64,000 nt of DNA, from the NCBI GenBank assembly GCA_003971905.1, contig RSEE01000028.1:62001-126000 (forward strand), given 5' to 3'. This stretch comes from Moniliella sp. 'wahieum' (Eukaryota). The notes under the pieces are model-generated. The model worked only from the letters and a program-made list of their open reading frames with translations, searched no databases and was not told where the DNA came from. Below, one piece after another: positions 26,054 to 39,178 of the stretch. Position numbers and translations under genes: made by a program. Each line of letters begins with the position of its first letter. The first letter of the stretch is position 1.

Positions 26054-27601
26054 CCGCCGCGGCACCGACGCACGCCGACGGTGCGGGACAAAGGCCAAGG
26101 CACGACTGGCTCGCCGTGCCCGGCCGGTCGAGGCGAGGCTGGCTGACGCACGGGCGGGTGGGACGCGATCGTCTTGTCTCGTCCGGTGCTGAGGGAGGAG
26201 GCGCCGAGCGGGACCGAGTAGCTGCTGTCCAGGGTGCTCGACAGCTGCTCCGACGGCGACGAGGAAAACGTGGAAAAGTGGAAAGTGGAAGGTGGAAAGC
26301 GAGCTGGGGCCGAGGGAGCAGGAGCCGGTCGGCTTGGGATGGGCTGCTGCCTGCTCGGCCGACGGCGGCGGCAGTTGCGGGGCACCCGAGGGGTGGCGCT
26401 TGGCCCCAATGTCCCATGGCGTCGGGGGGCGGGAGGCGGTGGGAAGGCAGGTTACGGTGCCCGGCCCGGGGAGGGAAATGGCGATCGGCCGCGAGTCAGA
26501 GTCGGACTGGGCGGCCGAGAAGGTTAGAGGACCAGTGCGGGCCGGAGGCATGCGGGAGGCCAGGGGGGGAAGGACGAAGACGCGGCGGCGGGGCTGACGG
26601 AGCGGGCAGGAGGGGGAGGGGGCGGGCGACGGTAGACTGGACTCGAGCAAGGGTGAATGGAGACAGCCAGCAAGAAATCCAGCACGGCATCGGAGTAGCC
26701 TGGTGCGAGGAGCGTCGGGAGGGGGGGGCAACGGAAGAATATAAGGCGGACAGGGTGGCTGGGTATTTATGCGCTGCTGCACTGGCCAGGTCCTGTCTGG
26801 GCTGGGCAGTGCCCGCGTGCCAGCGAGCGTTGGCTCATAGTGCAGGACTCAGGATGCAGGATGCATGAGCGTGGCAGCGACGCGTGCTAGTGACGAGTGA
26901 CGCTATTAGCGACAGATGTCTTTGCTCCCCCTGTAGATAGCCCCACTTGAGCAGCGCAGCAGCGGGGGCACCTTGGTGGTCTTTCCACTAGCCACTCCCC
27001 CTGCCTATACCCGACTCGGGGCACGCCCGAAAGGGCGCGGCGCGGAATGGGGGCTGGGACGGCACGCAGCCGGCGCACACACGCGGGGGAAGCCGCGCGG
27101 ATGGAACACTTATCTTACAGGCTGTGCCGTCTGTCTGTGCGTCGTGCGTCATCGACATTTCGGGGGCTTTGGGGAGGTGCGAACAGTGGGGCACAAGAGC
27201 AAGGCTGAGGGGGGCAGGGGGGGGGGGGGCTGGACAGCACTGTGCGCGGGGGGCGCTGTGCGGTTATTGTGGGCTGGCGAACGATGAATGAAAGAGGGAT
27301 GGGATAAGGCGAGCGGAGCATGGCGCGTGTGGGTCGGTGGGCGCTGAGGCTGAGTGCTGGCGTGAGACGATGGCTCCCTCCAGCGTGTCTGGGGCGATGG
27401 GGGCGGCGAACGAAGGGCTGCCTGGCCGGTTGGGGGCGGCGGGCGGGTGGGCTGGGGTGGGGCGGACGCTGGGCAGGGCGGGTGTGTGGCGGCAGCGACG
27501 CTGCAACGACGTCATGTCTGGCCGTGCACCCGCACGTGACTACTCTGTCTGAAAGTTGCAGATCCAAGTCTCGCTCTCCCATTCCGCCCCGCACGTTCCG
27601 C

Positions 27602-27612
27602 CCATTTTTTTG
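27602..27612 (+). promoter_or_regulatory. RRPE-like motif CCATTTTTTTG upstream of URB1
   Basis: Same 11-mer as upstream of UTP4. Confidence 0.4.
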
Positions 27613-27674
27613 CGGCGGGCGTCTTTTCGCTGACGCCAGGACACTGCTCGCCGCCTCCATCCCCCCCCCACACC

Positions 27675-30600
27675 ATGGCCGAGCTGCCCTTGGTGGGCTC
27701 CGACGGGCAGACGAGCACACTCGCCGTCTGCCGCGCGCTCGCCCTCCCGCCCAGCGTCTTCACCCCCGTCAACACCACCCTCGTCGGCCAGGCGCTGGAC
27801 GCAGTGCTCCAGGCCACCCTCCCTTCGCCCGATGATGTCGCCGCCCAGACCCTCGCCGGCACCACCCTCGACGCTGCCCGCCCCGCTCCCTCCGACCCGC
27901 GCGTCATCTTTGCCGCCCAACTCCTCGAGCAGAAACTGGACGCCCAGCCCGACGCCACCGCCCCCACCGCCCCCACCGCCCTCGCCTCTGGACCGAGCTT
28001 CTTGTCCAGATCCCCGTCCGCGCATCCGCCCTCCTCCCCCTCGTCTTGACCGCTCTGGCCCAGATCCTGCGCATCACCAACTACCATGCTCCCACGCGTG
28101 AAGTCGCCGCCCGACTGGTCGATGCGCTGTTCGCGTCCTCCTCGCCTCCCCAGCCACCGCAGTCCGACGCCCCCGACGCGCCCCCGCTGCCACCTGCCGC
28201 TGTCTCCCCCATTTCTCTCGTCTTGGCCCAACTCGATTCGGCCAAGGCAACCCGCGAGAAGGCAGCCGATGCGGCCACCCTCGCCGCCCTGGACCTCCTC
28301 ATGGCCATTCTGAGCTTTGACCATGGCAAGTATGCTGCGGTCCTGGCCGCGATCCTGCCCTGGTCCCTTCCCACCTTTCTGCGGTTGGGGTTGATGCGCC
28401 GGCGCCACTTCGCCTCGGAAAAGGCTGCGGCCGAGGCCAAACAGAAAAAGGGGCGGGGCAAGGCGGCGCTGACCCCGGCGGCCGGGATGGACGATGCGAC
28501 GTTGCGCGGGTACGATCCTACCACCATTACCCCCGCCCACCCGGATATCCGCACTCGTTTTGTGCAACTCATTCTGGCTGCCCTGGCCGCTACGCCATTG
28601 GACCTCCCCATCCTCGCCTCCAACGTCGTTGTTCCCTCGTGGGGATCTGGTGTAGCCAAGGCCCAGGGCAAACGCAAGCGCACCGCTCTTGCCACCGACG
28701 GCACCCCGGGTAGTGTCGAGCCAGCTGTCGTCAGCTGGATCCGGTCCGGTCGGTATAAACAGGCGATCTTGTCCTTGGCTCATGAAGCGCTGGTCACTCT
28801 ATTTCAAGGCCTGCCCACGACCCCTCCTGGTTGGTCGCAAGGGTACTGCAGGACCTGCATGACCATGTGCTCGTCCCCGCCGATGCGCCGCGCCATGCCG
28901 ATCGTCTGCCTGTCCGGTCGCTTATGGCATCCCTGGGATCCCAAAGCGCGCTCGACTCTCTGCTCTCGCTTTATGGCCGACATGATACCCCAACGCAAGA
29001 CGAATTGGGGTTGGACGTTACGTTGGTCCGCTCCACCGCAGCCGATGCGCGTCGTCGAAGGCGTGTAGCGCAAGGCGGGCCAGCCTATGAACAGGGCGAA
29101 ATCGTTCCCCAGCCCATCCCCGGCATGCCGCCCATTTGCGACCAGGCACATGCGCTCTTACTTGCTCTGACCACGTTTCGCGGGCGCGGGATGGTGTTTG
29201 TTGACGATGGCTGGTACCCACGCCCGAACGCGCGCTCGGCCTTGGCCAACGAGAAGGACGCGGACGAATTTGACGACGAAGAGTTGCTTGTCTCCTCGCT
29301 CGACCAGGGTGGCGTCGTGCGCGCCAAACCGCCCTCGACCAGCGAACTGTACAACCCCGTCCTGCTCCGTCTGCTCCGGCTCTTGGCACCGGGAAAGCTG
29401 CCTCGGCATGCGCTTCTGGCACGGGCCATCCTCGCTGCCTCGCCGCAACTCGTGCCGGCGTACCTGTCCAAATCCGGTGCCGCCCATTTGACCGCCACGC
29501 CGCTCCGTCCGACGGGCATTGCCGATGTCGGGTCCGAGGGTGGCGTGAGCGCCGCCTGGCTGGCATCCACCTCGTTTGTAGGCCAAGTGTTGGCCCAACC
29601 CATTCCCGTCCCTGTGGACAGCAAAGGCAAAATCCGGGCCCAGCCGCCCCCGTTGCCGTCGTCTTGGCGGCGCTCTTGCCCGCCCCGCCGCTCGAACGAC
29701 CGGTGCTGCTTCGTGCGCTGACCGCGCCCGACCGCCTGGCACAGCTGGCCACCTTGCGCTTACTTTTGGCGGCGCTGGAGCGGATCCGTCGGTTTGCCAT
29801 CTTGTGCGAGCAGGCGCACGATGCGGTGCCCTCGGAATCGGCGTGGGCAGCCACCTGGACCGCCGTGCGTTCGGCGGCGATCAAGGCGCTTCCCGACCTG
29901 CCTTCGTTGGTCGGGGTGCTGCAAAAAGTGGATGGGGCGTCGGAAGATAACGTGCTGCTGACCGACTCGCTGGTGAGTTGTCTGGCTCTGTATGCCAGTG
30001 CGCTCAACCGAGCCCATGGGAACAATGCGTCCACCCCGCATCTGACCGCTCAGTGTCGTCTGGACACGGGCCGGTTGTTGCGCCTTCAGATCCTGTCGCC
30101 GCTTGTGCAGCCGGGCAGGACGCTGGTCCAGTCGGAAGCCCAAGGCTCCTTTGGCCCGCTTGCCGCGCTCCATGTGCTGCAGACCATTCAATCCAGCTGG
30201 CAGGCTGACCAGTTTCACGGCACCCCAGGCGCCAGCTTTGATCTGCTGTCCGACTCGCCCGGTGGCTCGCCCTACCTCGTTGTGCTTCTGCGGTTGTGGC
30301 TGTGCGGACAGAGCGCGCGGGTGGAACAGTTGGCTGAACAAGTGCTAGAGGCAGTGGTGGGCCAAGGACCTCTGTTTTCCATGACGCCGCACGAATGGAA
30401 AGCGTGGCTGTACGCGCTGCGTCCGGAGCACGATGGTTCGTGTGTGGCTGTGCCTACGGAGGCTACCACCGCCCCCACGGCGCTCCAACCACCTGGATCT
30501 ACCTTTGTGCCGGAGGAGGTGCTGGCGCTGATTCATGAATGCACCTCTCGCACGAGCAAGTTGTTCCACAAGTACCTCGACCTGGCCCAATCCTTGGTGC

Positions 30601-33600
30601 CGGTGGAAGCGATCGAAGGAGGTCGTGCGCCCGTCAGTCCCCTGCTGGTTGCGTTTGTGGAACAGTTTACCATTCGCGCTCGCAAGGGCATTCTTCGAGA
30701 GGGCGCACTAGGACGTGTCTCCTCCTTCCTTGCCCATCTCTTGATGGCCGCCCGAGCCTCGGCATCCGCCTCGTCCGAAGCGATCGCTACCTTAACGACT
30801 CAGTGCGCCGAAGCACTTGCCAGTGCCCCGTCGCCTGTCGCGCCGGGAATTCAATGGCTCTTTTCTTCCACCCTCCCTGCCACCCAGGCTCGACTGGGTC
30901 ACTTGATCACCCCTGTCGACACAGAGGACGAAGCGCCGACACACGAGTTTGATGGTACGCCCCGCACCCCCCCCCCCCCTCCCCCCCTTGGCGAGAAGGG
31001 AGTTACTGACATGTTCTTTTCTTTCAGCCTGTTCGACGACCGATGACTTGTTGGCTACTCTCCAGTCCCAACAACGGCCCCTGTCTCCAGGCCAAGTGCA
31101 GGGACTCGTTCGTGCCTGCACGACCGTCGCTGCCCCTACGGTTCTTTTCGATCTCGACCCGGAACAGGAGCCGATCCCCCAGTCCCTGAGCAAGCAAACC
31201 GTTGGCTTTTGGCTGATTCAGGGTGGGTTCCCGTCGGACGTGGAACAGGTCACGGTGGGGCCGTTCACAGCACGTATCGTCGCTGAGAGCTTGAGAGCGG
31301 CGGCGGCGATGGGCACTGCGCAACCTGCCAAGCTGGCCTCGCTTCTTGCCCTCTTGCTTCGTTCTGGTTCCACCAACTTGGCCGCCGAGGCGTGTGGCGC
31401 GTTGTTGCCTCAGCTTCCTCACCAAGCTTGGGCCGCCGTGGCGGAGGCCTGCACGCCTCTTCTTGCTCAAGCAGTTGGGTCAGATACCGCGGCGTGCGCA
31501 GCTTGCATCCTCGATGGCCTGCTCCAGGCGCCTTCCGCTCCCGCGTTCGCTTTGGCCCGACCGCTACTTGCGCTGGCTCCACTCGAGCGGGTGCGCAGCG
31601 CGGCTGAGATGGTGCTGCAGTGCATCCAAACCAAAACCAGCCTCTGTCCGTGGTGGCGGAAGCGCTGCGCCTCTTGCTCGACAGTCTTGCCCTGCTTGCG
31701 ACGGAAGCGTGCGATGTCTCCCACCTGGTCCTTGTCCACGCGCCTGAGCTCCTGTCCCTCTCCCCGCAACTGCTCGAGGCAGCGGTGGGTGCCGTGTCGC
31801 TGGCACTGCGCTGCCCAGGGCAGGGACTGGACAGTGCGTCTGCTCTGAGCATCCTCTCTGCCGCCGGACGCACACCGAACAAGGTCTGGGATGGCCTGCT
31901 GGCCACGATTGTCATCACCACCCCATCCCACCTGAAAGAGGTGGAACGGTGGCTGCTCGCAACGGAATCCGCCCAGCTCAAAGGGCTGGAACTAGTTCAT
32001 TCGTTGGTGATGAACCCCCGCTTCTCTTTGCCCCGTGAGCAGGGACTGCCCCTGCTCCAGTTGGCTGTGCGCCCGCGCTGCTTCGCCCAGGCCGAACCTC
32101 GGCCTTGGGACTGAACGTGGTTGTCGGCCTTGTTCGACGGGGGTGGATCGAGGCCGGGGAGGTGGCACAGCAGTGCTCCGAGCTTCTGCGACAACATGGC
32201 CGGCCTGCGTACCTGGCCCCCGCCATGCTGAACTTGGCCACGGTGCTTCTGTCGGTAGCAGCGAGCGATGGTACGGTGGTGTCCATGTCGGCGGCCTTGC
32301 TTGAAACGCCATGTTGGTATTGGTGCGTGGCTTTGCGGAGCACGCGACGGATCCAGCCGATGTGCAGGCCAGCCTAGCGTCCGTCACGGGCTTGGTGCGC
32401 GCTCGTGCCGATGCCGAGCTGGCCTTGCCTGCCCACCTCGTGCTGCCTGTCGTCGAGGCCATCGTTCGTTCCCGATTCGACTCGTGCGTGCACGCCGTGT
32501 TGGCCAGCAGCCTGGTGCGCGCCTGCGCGCCCACCTGGGGAGCAGCCACGTGCACGCGTCTGGCCGCCTTGGTCATTGGCAACTCGCGCTTCCGCTCCGT
32601 GCTGCGCAAAAGCGACAAGGACGCCGTTGGTTCCCGCCTGCCTTGGGCGCTTGTCCTGTACTACCTTGCCTCGGCCGGCGCCGCGCCGGCCGGCTTGGCT
32701 ACCGCCCTGCGCAGCGCGTACCTGGGTTCGTTGGATGCGGCGGACCGCACCCTATTTGCCGCGCTGCAACGGGTTGGGTCCGAGGGCCCTTCGGGCCCGC
32801 TGGATGGGCTCCAGCTTGCCGATGGCGGGTTGGGGGAGGAAGCAGCGAGCCCGATGCAGCAACTTGCCTCGCTTGATCCGCCCGGCTGAAACTCACCTGC
32901 CGTCTCTTCCCCCGCAATCGACGGTGGGACATGATGGACGCTGGTGTGTCGCGCGCGACCACGACCGAGCCGCTTGCGGGACTGGGTTGTGCGACCAGTG
33001 TGGCGTCCGAGGCGGTGCTGCGCCAACTGTACGACCCGCTCGCCATCTTGTCCCTGTTTGCCTCGGCGCTGCTTGGGCAGGAAAAACCGAAACGAACCGA
33101 GTGGGTCGCCGTCGGCTCCAACTTTGCGCTCGGAGTGGTATTTTGTTGCTTGGCCTCGCGCGCCTCGCACGTGCGCGCCTTGGCCTTGGTCGTCCTGGGC
33201 AAAGTACTGGGCTTGGTTGGCGGAACGACGTTCCTGGATCGCGACTTGCTCCTGGCGCCCTTGCTGGCGCTCCAAGCGCAAATTCCCCTTGCCTTGCCCG
33301 AGGAGACAGATGCGCCAGTACGTGTCCCGGCCCTGCCGCTGTCCACGACACTGTTCATGAGCTACGTGCTGGACGCGTGCATCGCGCCCGAACGCGGCGA
33401 CAAGGTCGCTGAGATCCTGGCGCGGTGGGCGATGGAACAAGCGCGCACACGCAGCGCTTGGACCGGGTGCAGGATGCGCCACGCGCCTCGCGCGCGCCCA
33501 TCCCCGTCCTGCGCGCCTTCCTCGCGGGCAAAACCGAGGACGGGGAAGCGTCGGCCGGGGTGAGCGTACGTGTGGATGCTGGGGCTGGTAGCGGACGCGC

Positions 33601-34528
33601 TAGCGCAGGGAGGTGAGGCGGAACGTACCGCGCCTGCGCTCCGACGCGTGCCTGACCTGCTCTCTGCACTCTGGTCCGACCTGACCGTCGCCGATCCCGG
33701 CGCCGCGCTCGCAGCTTCCCAACCGGCCTCGCATTCCGTTGCACCTACCCAACCCTTGGGCCTGTCGCCCGCGCTGTATGGCGATGGCAACCGCGCTGCG
33801 GCGCATGAGATTGCGCGGATTTGGATGGACGAGTGTGCGCAGCCGGTTGGCTCGCTCGAGCCGCGCGGCGACGGATGGGGGTGTTAGTCTTGGCCCGGGC
33901 CCACCAGGCGGCCGTGGCGCCTCCGCCGTCGATTTGGACCACCTTGGCCGCTCGTACCGCGCTCGGACTGCCTTCTTTGCGCACGGCCTCGACCCAGCTG
34001 GCCCACGCACCGTCCCCGGCGCCCGACGAGCGCAGCCTGCTACAGCGCACCGAACTGGTCCTGTTGGAACTGCTGTGGGATGGGCTGGTGCGCGGCGCGG
34101 TACCGGACGCAGAAGGCGGGCTGAAGATGGTGCTGGATGCACTGCATGTTCTTCTGCGCCGCATGGCCCAGCACGCCACGGAGCCAGACACGATGAGCGC
34201 TTGCCCTGCTCTGCCGCTCCGCATCCTGCGCGCGGTGGAGGTGCTGCGGGTGGTTTGGCCGCGGCTCGAGGCGCTGACAGCGGCGGGCAAGCACAAGGAC
34301 AAGGATAATGACAAGGACACGGAGGTGGGCGAGGCGGGTACGCCCGAGCCGCCGTCGCTGGTGTCTGTCCAGGCGCTCTTTGTTCAGTGCCTTGCGCTGG
34401 TGCGCCGCACGCTGGGCCAGACCAGGCAGCTGGCCGCCGTGCCGTCGGCGCTGGTCAGCGAGGTGGACAGGTTGACCGGCACAGTGTGCCAATGGCAAGC
34501 TCAGGCGCGTCGGCAGGTCCTTGGCTGA
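27675..34528 (+). CDS. URB1: Nucleolar pre-ribosomal-associated protein 1 (Urb1/Npa1), many frameshifts
   Basis: About 6.8 kb of Leu/Ala-rich helical coding sequence with HPDIRTRFVQLILA, GRGMVFVDDGWYPR, LYNPVLLRLL, AYLGSLDAADRTL and LYDPLAILSLF. Confidence 0.85.
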
Positions 34529-35730
34529 ACCCCCCAAAAGCTCGTTGCGGCGGGTGCGGTGTGCTACGACACCATCTCGCATCTCATTAATCATTCCCCT
34601 TCTCGATGTGGCCACGGGTCAGGTCAAGTGTGCGTCGTAGATCTTAGTACCAGGGGGGGCGACTACCGACTACTACTAAGGCGTCTCCTCAACTAGTGTA
34701 GAGAGCCAGGGCGCGCCTAGAGGGGGGGGTTACCCGGGTTGCGTCGTGTGCGTCCACAGGGCCGGCATGTGCGTGCCTCATAACTCGCACCTCGCGTGTC
34801 GGCTGCCAGGTACGACCGTCGCCCTATTGCACCCGGAGCGCGGGAGGACAGCCCAAAGCCAGTCAACTTCTTCAGCATCACCACGATCTCGTTCCGCATA
34901 TCCAATCCTGCTCCCTCCATACCCAGCTGACGTACCATCTGCATCCTTCCCTTGCACATCGCCCCGGGGTGCCCTCGTACTCGGAGTACATTTCTCCATT
35001 TCTCCATCACCTGCCCGACCAAGCTCTTATCTGTGTGTTTCGGACCTATTGCTTTTGGCCTGTCTGAGCCGCGCGGACGCGCTGACGACGGACCAGAGGG
35101 ACTGGGCCTTGCGCTGGGGAGATCGTGTTGCTTTTTCTGGTAGCCAGGTTGGATTGGCTTGCGATCCGCAGCGCGTGGGCGTTGGGCGTTGGGTGGACAG
35201 TAGGATATGAGCGGGGGGGGGGGACGAATGCATCCCGCCCCAGTCACTGGCACCATAGGAATGACTTGGACTGGCCAAGCCTTTTTTTGTGAGGGGGGGA
35301 GGGAAACTTTGCCGTGCGGCAACGTCAGGGACGGAAAGTAAGGCAGATGCACGTGGTTTGGCACGGGAAGCGCGGCAGGAAGCACGTGGCACACCGGTGT
35401 CGCGGAGTGAAAAAGAGGGGGGTAGGCAAGAGAGAAGGAGGAGGATGGGGAGTAGAACGATATGTGGAAGTGGGGGGAGGAGTAGAACGAGGTGGAGAAG
35501 GAAGGGGGTAAGAGTAAGAGTAGAACGAGATGTGGAAGTGGTGGGGTAGGATTGAGAAAGGCACAGGAGACACGCGAGCAGGGAGGCACAAGTGGAGAAG
35601 AGGAGAAGGGGAAAAACCTAAAGCAAAAATAAAACGCATCAGTGCAACGTTCGATCCTGCCTCTCCGTCCTGGAGCAAAACATCTTGCACATCTTGCACA
35701 TCTTCCACAGGGCCATCACCATCTCCGATC

Positions 35731-37990
35731 TCATTCCAGCAAAAAGATCGCGTCGTCCTCGTCGGCTCGGGGGAGGTGGGAGGGATTGACGCCCCCCACG
35801 CCAGGAGAAACGAGATCAATGCCATGCGGCCGCCCCGATCCCGGCGGGGGAGGTAAGCCGCCCATGGAAGGGTGCAGCGACGGCGGCATTCGCATCGGTG
35901 CGCCAGGGAACAGGCGCGGGACCCCATTGGAGGGACCGCGACCGGGCACCTCCAAATCGCGAGGCACGCTTCCCACTTCGCCCAGCGACGTGCCTGATGG
36001 CACATTGGCGTCCAGCATGGCGGCGAACCCGAATTGGCGTGGAGGCAGAACCGATCCGGGTGCGATAGGAGCCAGATCAGGAGAAAAGGCCATACCACGC
36101 CCATCGGTTGCCGGGGCCATAGTGTGGGCCGAGGCAGAAAGGCCAGAAAGACCGCTCGGGTGAGACCCGTTGGTGAGGCTTCCCACCCGCTGGCGTCCTA
36201 GGCTGATGCCGGCAGTGGGACGTTGAAGCACACTGGTCTCGGGCGTAGAATCCAGCCGGCTGCGAGTAAGCGAGAGAGCGCTTCCCCGCGAAGGGAACGA
36301 GGGAGGCTGGGCCCGAGAAATGAGGTGGCGGACGAAGGGTCGTGACCAGCAGCACCCAGACTGCCTGGAGCCAGTGCCGAGCGGGACGGGGCCGAGGACA
36401 GGAAGGAAGGTAAATCAGAGGGGGGGAGGTACAGAGAAGCCATGCGTGCCAGCCACACCAGCATCGGCGGGGAGCGATTGGGCCATGAAACGAGAGGAGC
36501 GTGCACGACGCTCCAGCTCTTGGGGTGTGAGGAGGTCGGAGAGAGACGATGGCAAAAAGTCTTCTTCGTGACGGCCATTCTCCTCATCGTCGCCATCGTC
36601 CTCGTCGTCCAAAGCGGTGGGTGCACACGACGGGTTGAAGTCCAGCGCGTCCGTGCGTGCTCTCAGGTTCAGGTCGTCAAGGTCGAGAGCAAGGCTGAGT
36701 TCATCCACATCGTTCAGATCGATTCGGTGGGAGCGGAAGGAACCAGGCCCAGCGAGCATACTGCCCCGCCGCTCCACAAACGAACCAGGGCGACCGGCTC
36801 CGCTCGCGGCAGCACTAAGGGCACTGATCCCAGTCTCCTCCTCCCGGCCTTGCGACTCGGAATAAAAGACGGCATTGTTGGTGAAGGGTGATGTTCCAAA
36901 AGCGCTTCCAGGGCTACCAACACCACCCAAACGCAGACTGCGGGAATACGAGTCGCTGTCAACACGACGAGTTGTAGACCCGCGAGCACCGCCAGGGACT
37001 GGCATAGGAACCGGCACAGCCCCGCTTTTGCTACCCATCGCCAGCGAAGCTTCCTCTTGCAGTTCGTACAGCTCATCTCCCGGACGCCACCGAGATCCGT
37101 CTTGCCAGTTCTCCGTGTTGGGACGCACAGGGAGGGAGTGAGGCCATTGCCACCTTGCTTGGGTGCTGTACCGTTGCTGCGCTGCTTGCTCGAGTCCATG
37201 CGAGCATGGCCCAAGCGTGGACTCGGCACGGGGGTTAGCTCGGCTGGACCCGAGTCGGGCTGAGCTGCGTTGGACGCTCCCCCCGCAGCGCGGGTGGATA
37301 GGTTGTACTGTTGTTGTTGCTGTTGGACGCTGCGGCCCGGGAGGGAGCTTGAGCAGCTTGCGCTGCGGCCTCAGCAGCCGTCTGGGGCAGGGGCTGGCCA
37401 TGCTGGACGGCACGCTTGTTTTTGCGGTCCATCTGGCGGGGGGGGGGAGGGGGGGCGGGGAGTTAGCAGACCAGGCTGGCAGAGCAGCAGAGCCAACTGA
37501 TAAGGGCCGCGCATGGGCGCGCGAGCAGAAGACGTACGCTGATGGGCTGGCCCGGGAAGATGTGGGCGAGGGCGCATTTGTGGCCAAAGCGGCAGTTGCC
37601 CTTGAGGAACCACTGGCACGTGGCCTTTTGCGCGCCTTCGCCCGGGAGGGTGTGGGAGAAAGGGCAGGAGGCGCCGGCCGAGCAGCCGTTGGAGCGGAAG
37701 AACTTGCACGGCACCTGGGACAGCGCCTCCTTCTTTTTGGTGCTGAGTTTGGAGTTGGACAGAGCACTGCCAGCAGCGGCGGCGTCGGAAGCGTCGCTGC
37801 CATGGACGGCTGGGTCGGTGGGCGCGTCGGCGTCGGGCGGGGGCGAGAGGACGGGGCGGTCGCTGTGCTGGGGGGGGGGGTGGGGGCGCTCGCGGCGGGC
37901 GGAGAGGGGGGCCTTCTGCGGGACGGGGCGCAGCGGACGGAGCCGATGAGCGGACACACCGGGCGGGGCGACGCGGACGGCGTCGGACAT
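35731..37990 (-). CDS. Tandem CCCH zinc-finger protein (Cps3/Lee1/makorin-like)
   Basis: VPCKFFRSNGCSAGASCPFSH and CQWFLKGNCRFGHKCALAH, plus the fungal motif EEDFLPSSLSDLLTPQELERR. Confidence 0.85.
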
Positions 37991-38224
37991 GGCCAGCACG
38001 GCGGAGCGGATGGGCACGGGCGGGGGTGGTGGGGGGGCAGCCGGCGAGTGGGCGAGCGGCTGCTGGAGCTGCTGTGCGCTGCGTGCTGCTGCCCCCGCCG
38101 GTCCCAGACCCCTGGCTGCCCCCGTGCCCGCGCCCGTCACGTTGGGCCGTGTGCCCGCCCCTGCCCCCCCCGACTGCCCCACACTGCTCCCCTGCGGCCC
38201 CCTCGCATCACCGCCCCGTCACAC

Positions 38225-38733
38225 TCACACGCAGCCTACGTCAGCCGCCCACACCCGCCGCCTGATGGATGAATGCATGGTTGTGTATGGCGTGTTGCCG
38301 GCGCAGCAGCGGCTAGGCCCCGTCGCGTCGTCTTGGCCGCGCGCCGACAAAGCGAGCTGCTGAAGCACCTGGACAGCATGCGCGCCTTCATGCGACGGGA
38401 CAAAGATGTGGTCGTGGTAGTACCCGGCCACCACGTTGCAGCTGATGCCGGCCTGGGTCAATGCCTGGCCAAAGGCGGCGGTGAGCCCAATCGCTTCGAG
38501 CGACGAGTGGATCTGCAGCGTGTCCAGGCCCACGTACCCTGTATGCCAGGTGCTCCTTGTCGGCTGCCGGGCGCGGGAGCACAAGCGTCACCCCTCGGCC
38601 TCGCTCACAGTCGCCACCGCGTGCGCCAGATCGGTGGGGGAGCGCGGCACGGGGCACGGTGGTGTAGACAAACTCGCCCTCGCTGAGATGAGGTCAGCCC
38701 GCTAGGAGCACCCATCGACGTCTCTCCGACCAT
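38225..38733 (-). CDS. DUF2241-type ACT-domain protein
   Basis: N-terminus MVGETS...GEFVYTT and C-terminal IHSSLEAIGLTAAFGQALTQAGISCNVVAGYYHDHIFVP. The 3' end is uncertain. Confidence 0.85.
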
Positions 38734-39083
38734 GGTGGTGCGACGCTAGTGGGGGAATTGGGCATGGAGCCGAGGAGGCGGAGAAGCGGGCCAAGCGCGA
38801 TGCGATGCGCTCGGTGGAGGCAGGTGCGTGATGGCCTGAGACGAAGCAACAGATCGGGGTAATCGGACGGTAATCGAGGAGGTAATCAGGACTGGGCCTT
38901 CGATTATCAATGCAGCGGCATCGACAAGTGGCAATCGCAGGGACTGGGCCTTGAAATGTTGGAGAGTGCCCGTTCGCTGTCACATGTCGTGCATGTCATC
39001 AAGCACATCAACCTACCCACCTTCTCCCGCCCAGCCAGCCACGTGCAATTTCATTTCTCCCGGGCGTGGCTGGGCGCGAGGCA

Positions 39084-39089
39084 TGACTC
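39084..39089 (+). promoter_or_regulatory. Gcn4/CpcA-type core site TGACTC
   Basis: ATGACTC about 90 bp upstream of the TRP4 ATG, inside the divergent TRP4/ACT promoter. Confidence 0.4.
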
Positions 39090-39178
39090 GGACATGGCCC
39101 TCGACTTTTCTGGCGGCCGCTGCGGCCCGCAGCCCGCCGCCCTTTTCCTCCCGTCCCCTCGCCCTCTCGCCCCCCACC

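Noticed and set aside
27675..34528. URB1 and other genes as pseudogenes
   Set aside because: Frameshifts affect nearly all genes, including essential ones, and where checked (RPS20) they fall at homopolymers. This fits assembly error.
35449..35545. CRISPR-like spaced repeats
   Set aside because: The units are only 11 bp with low-complexity spacers, there are no cas genes, and the context is eukaryotic.
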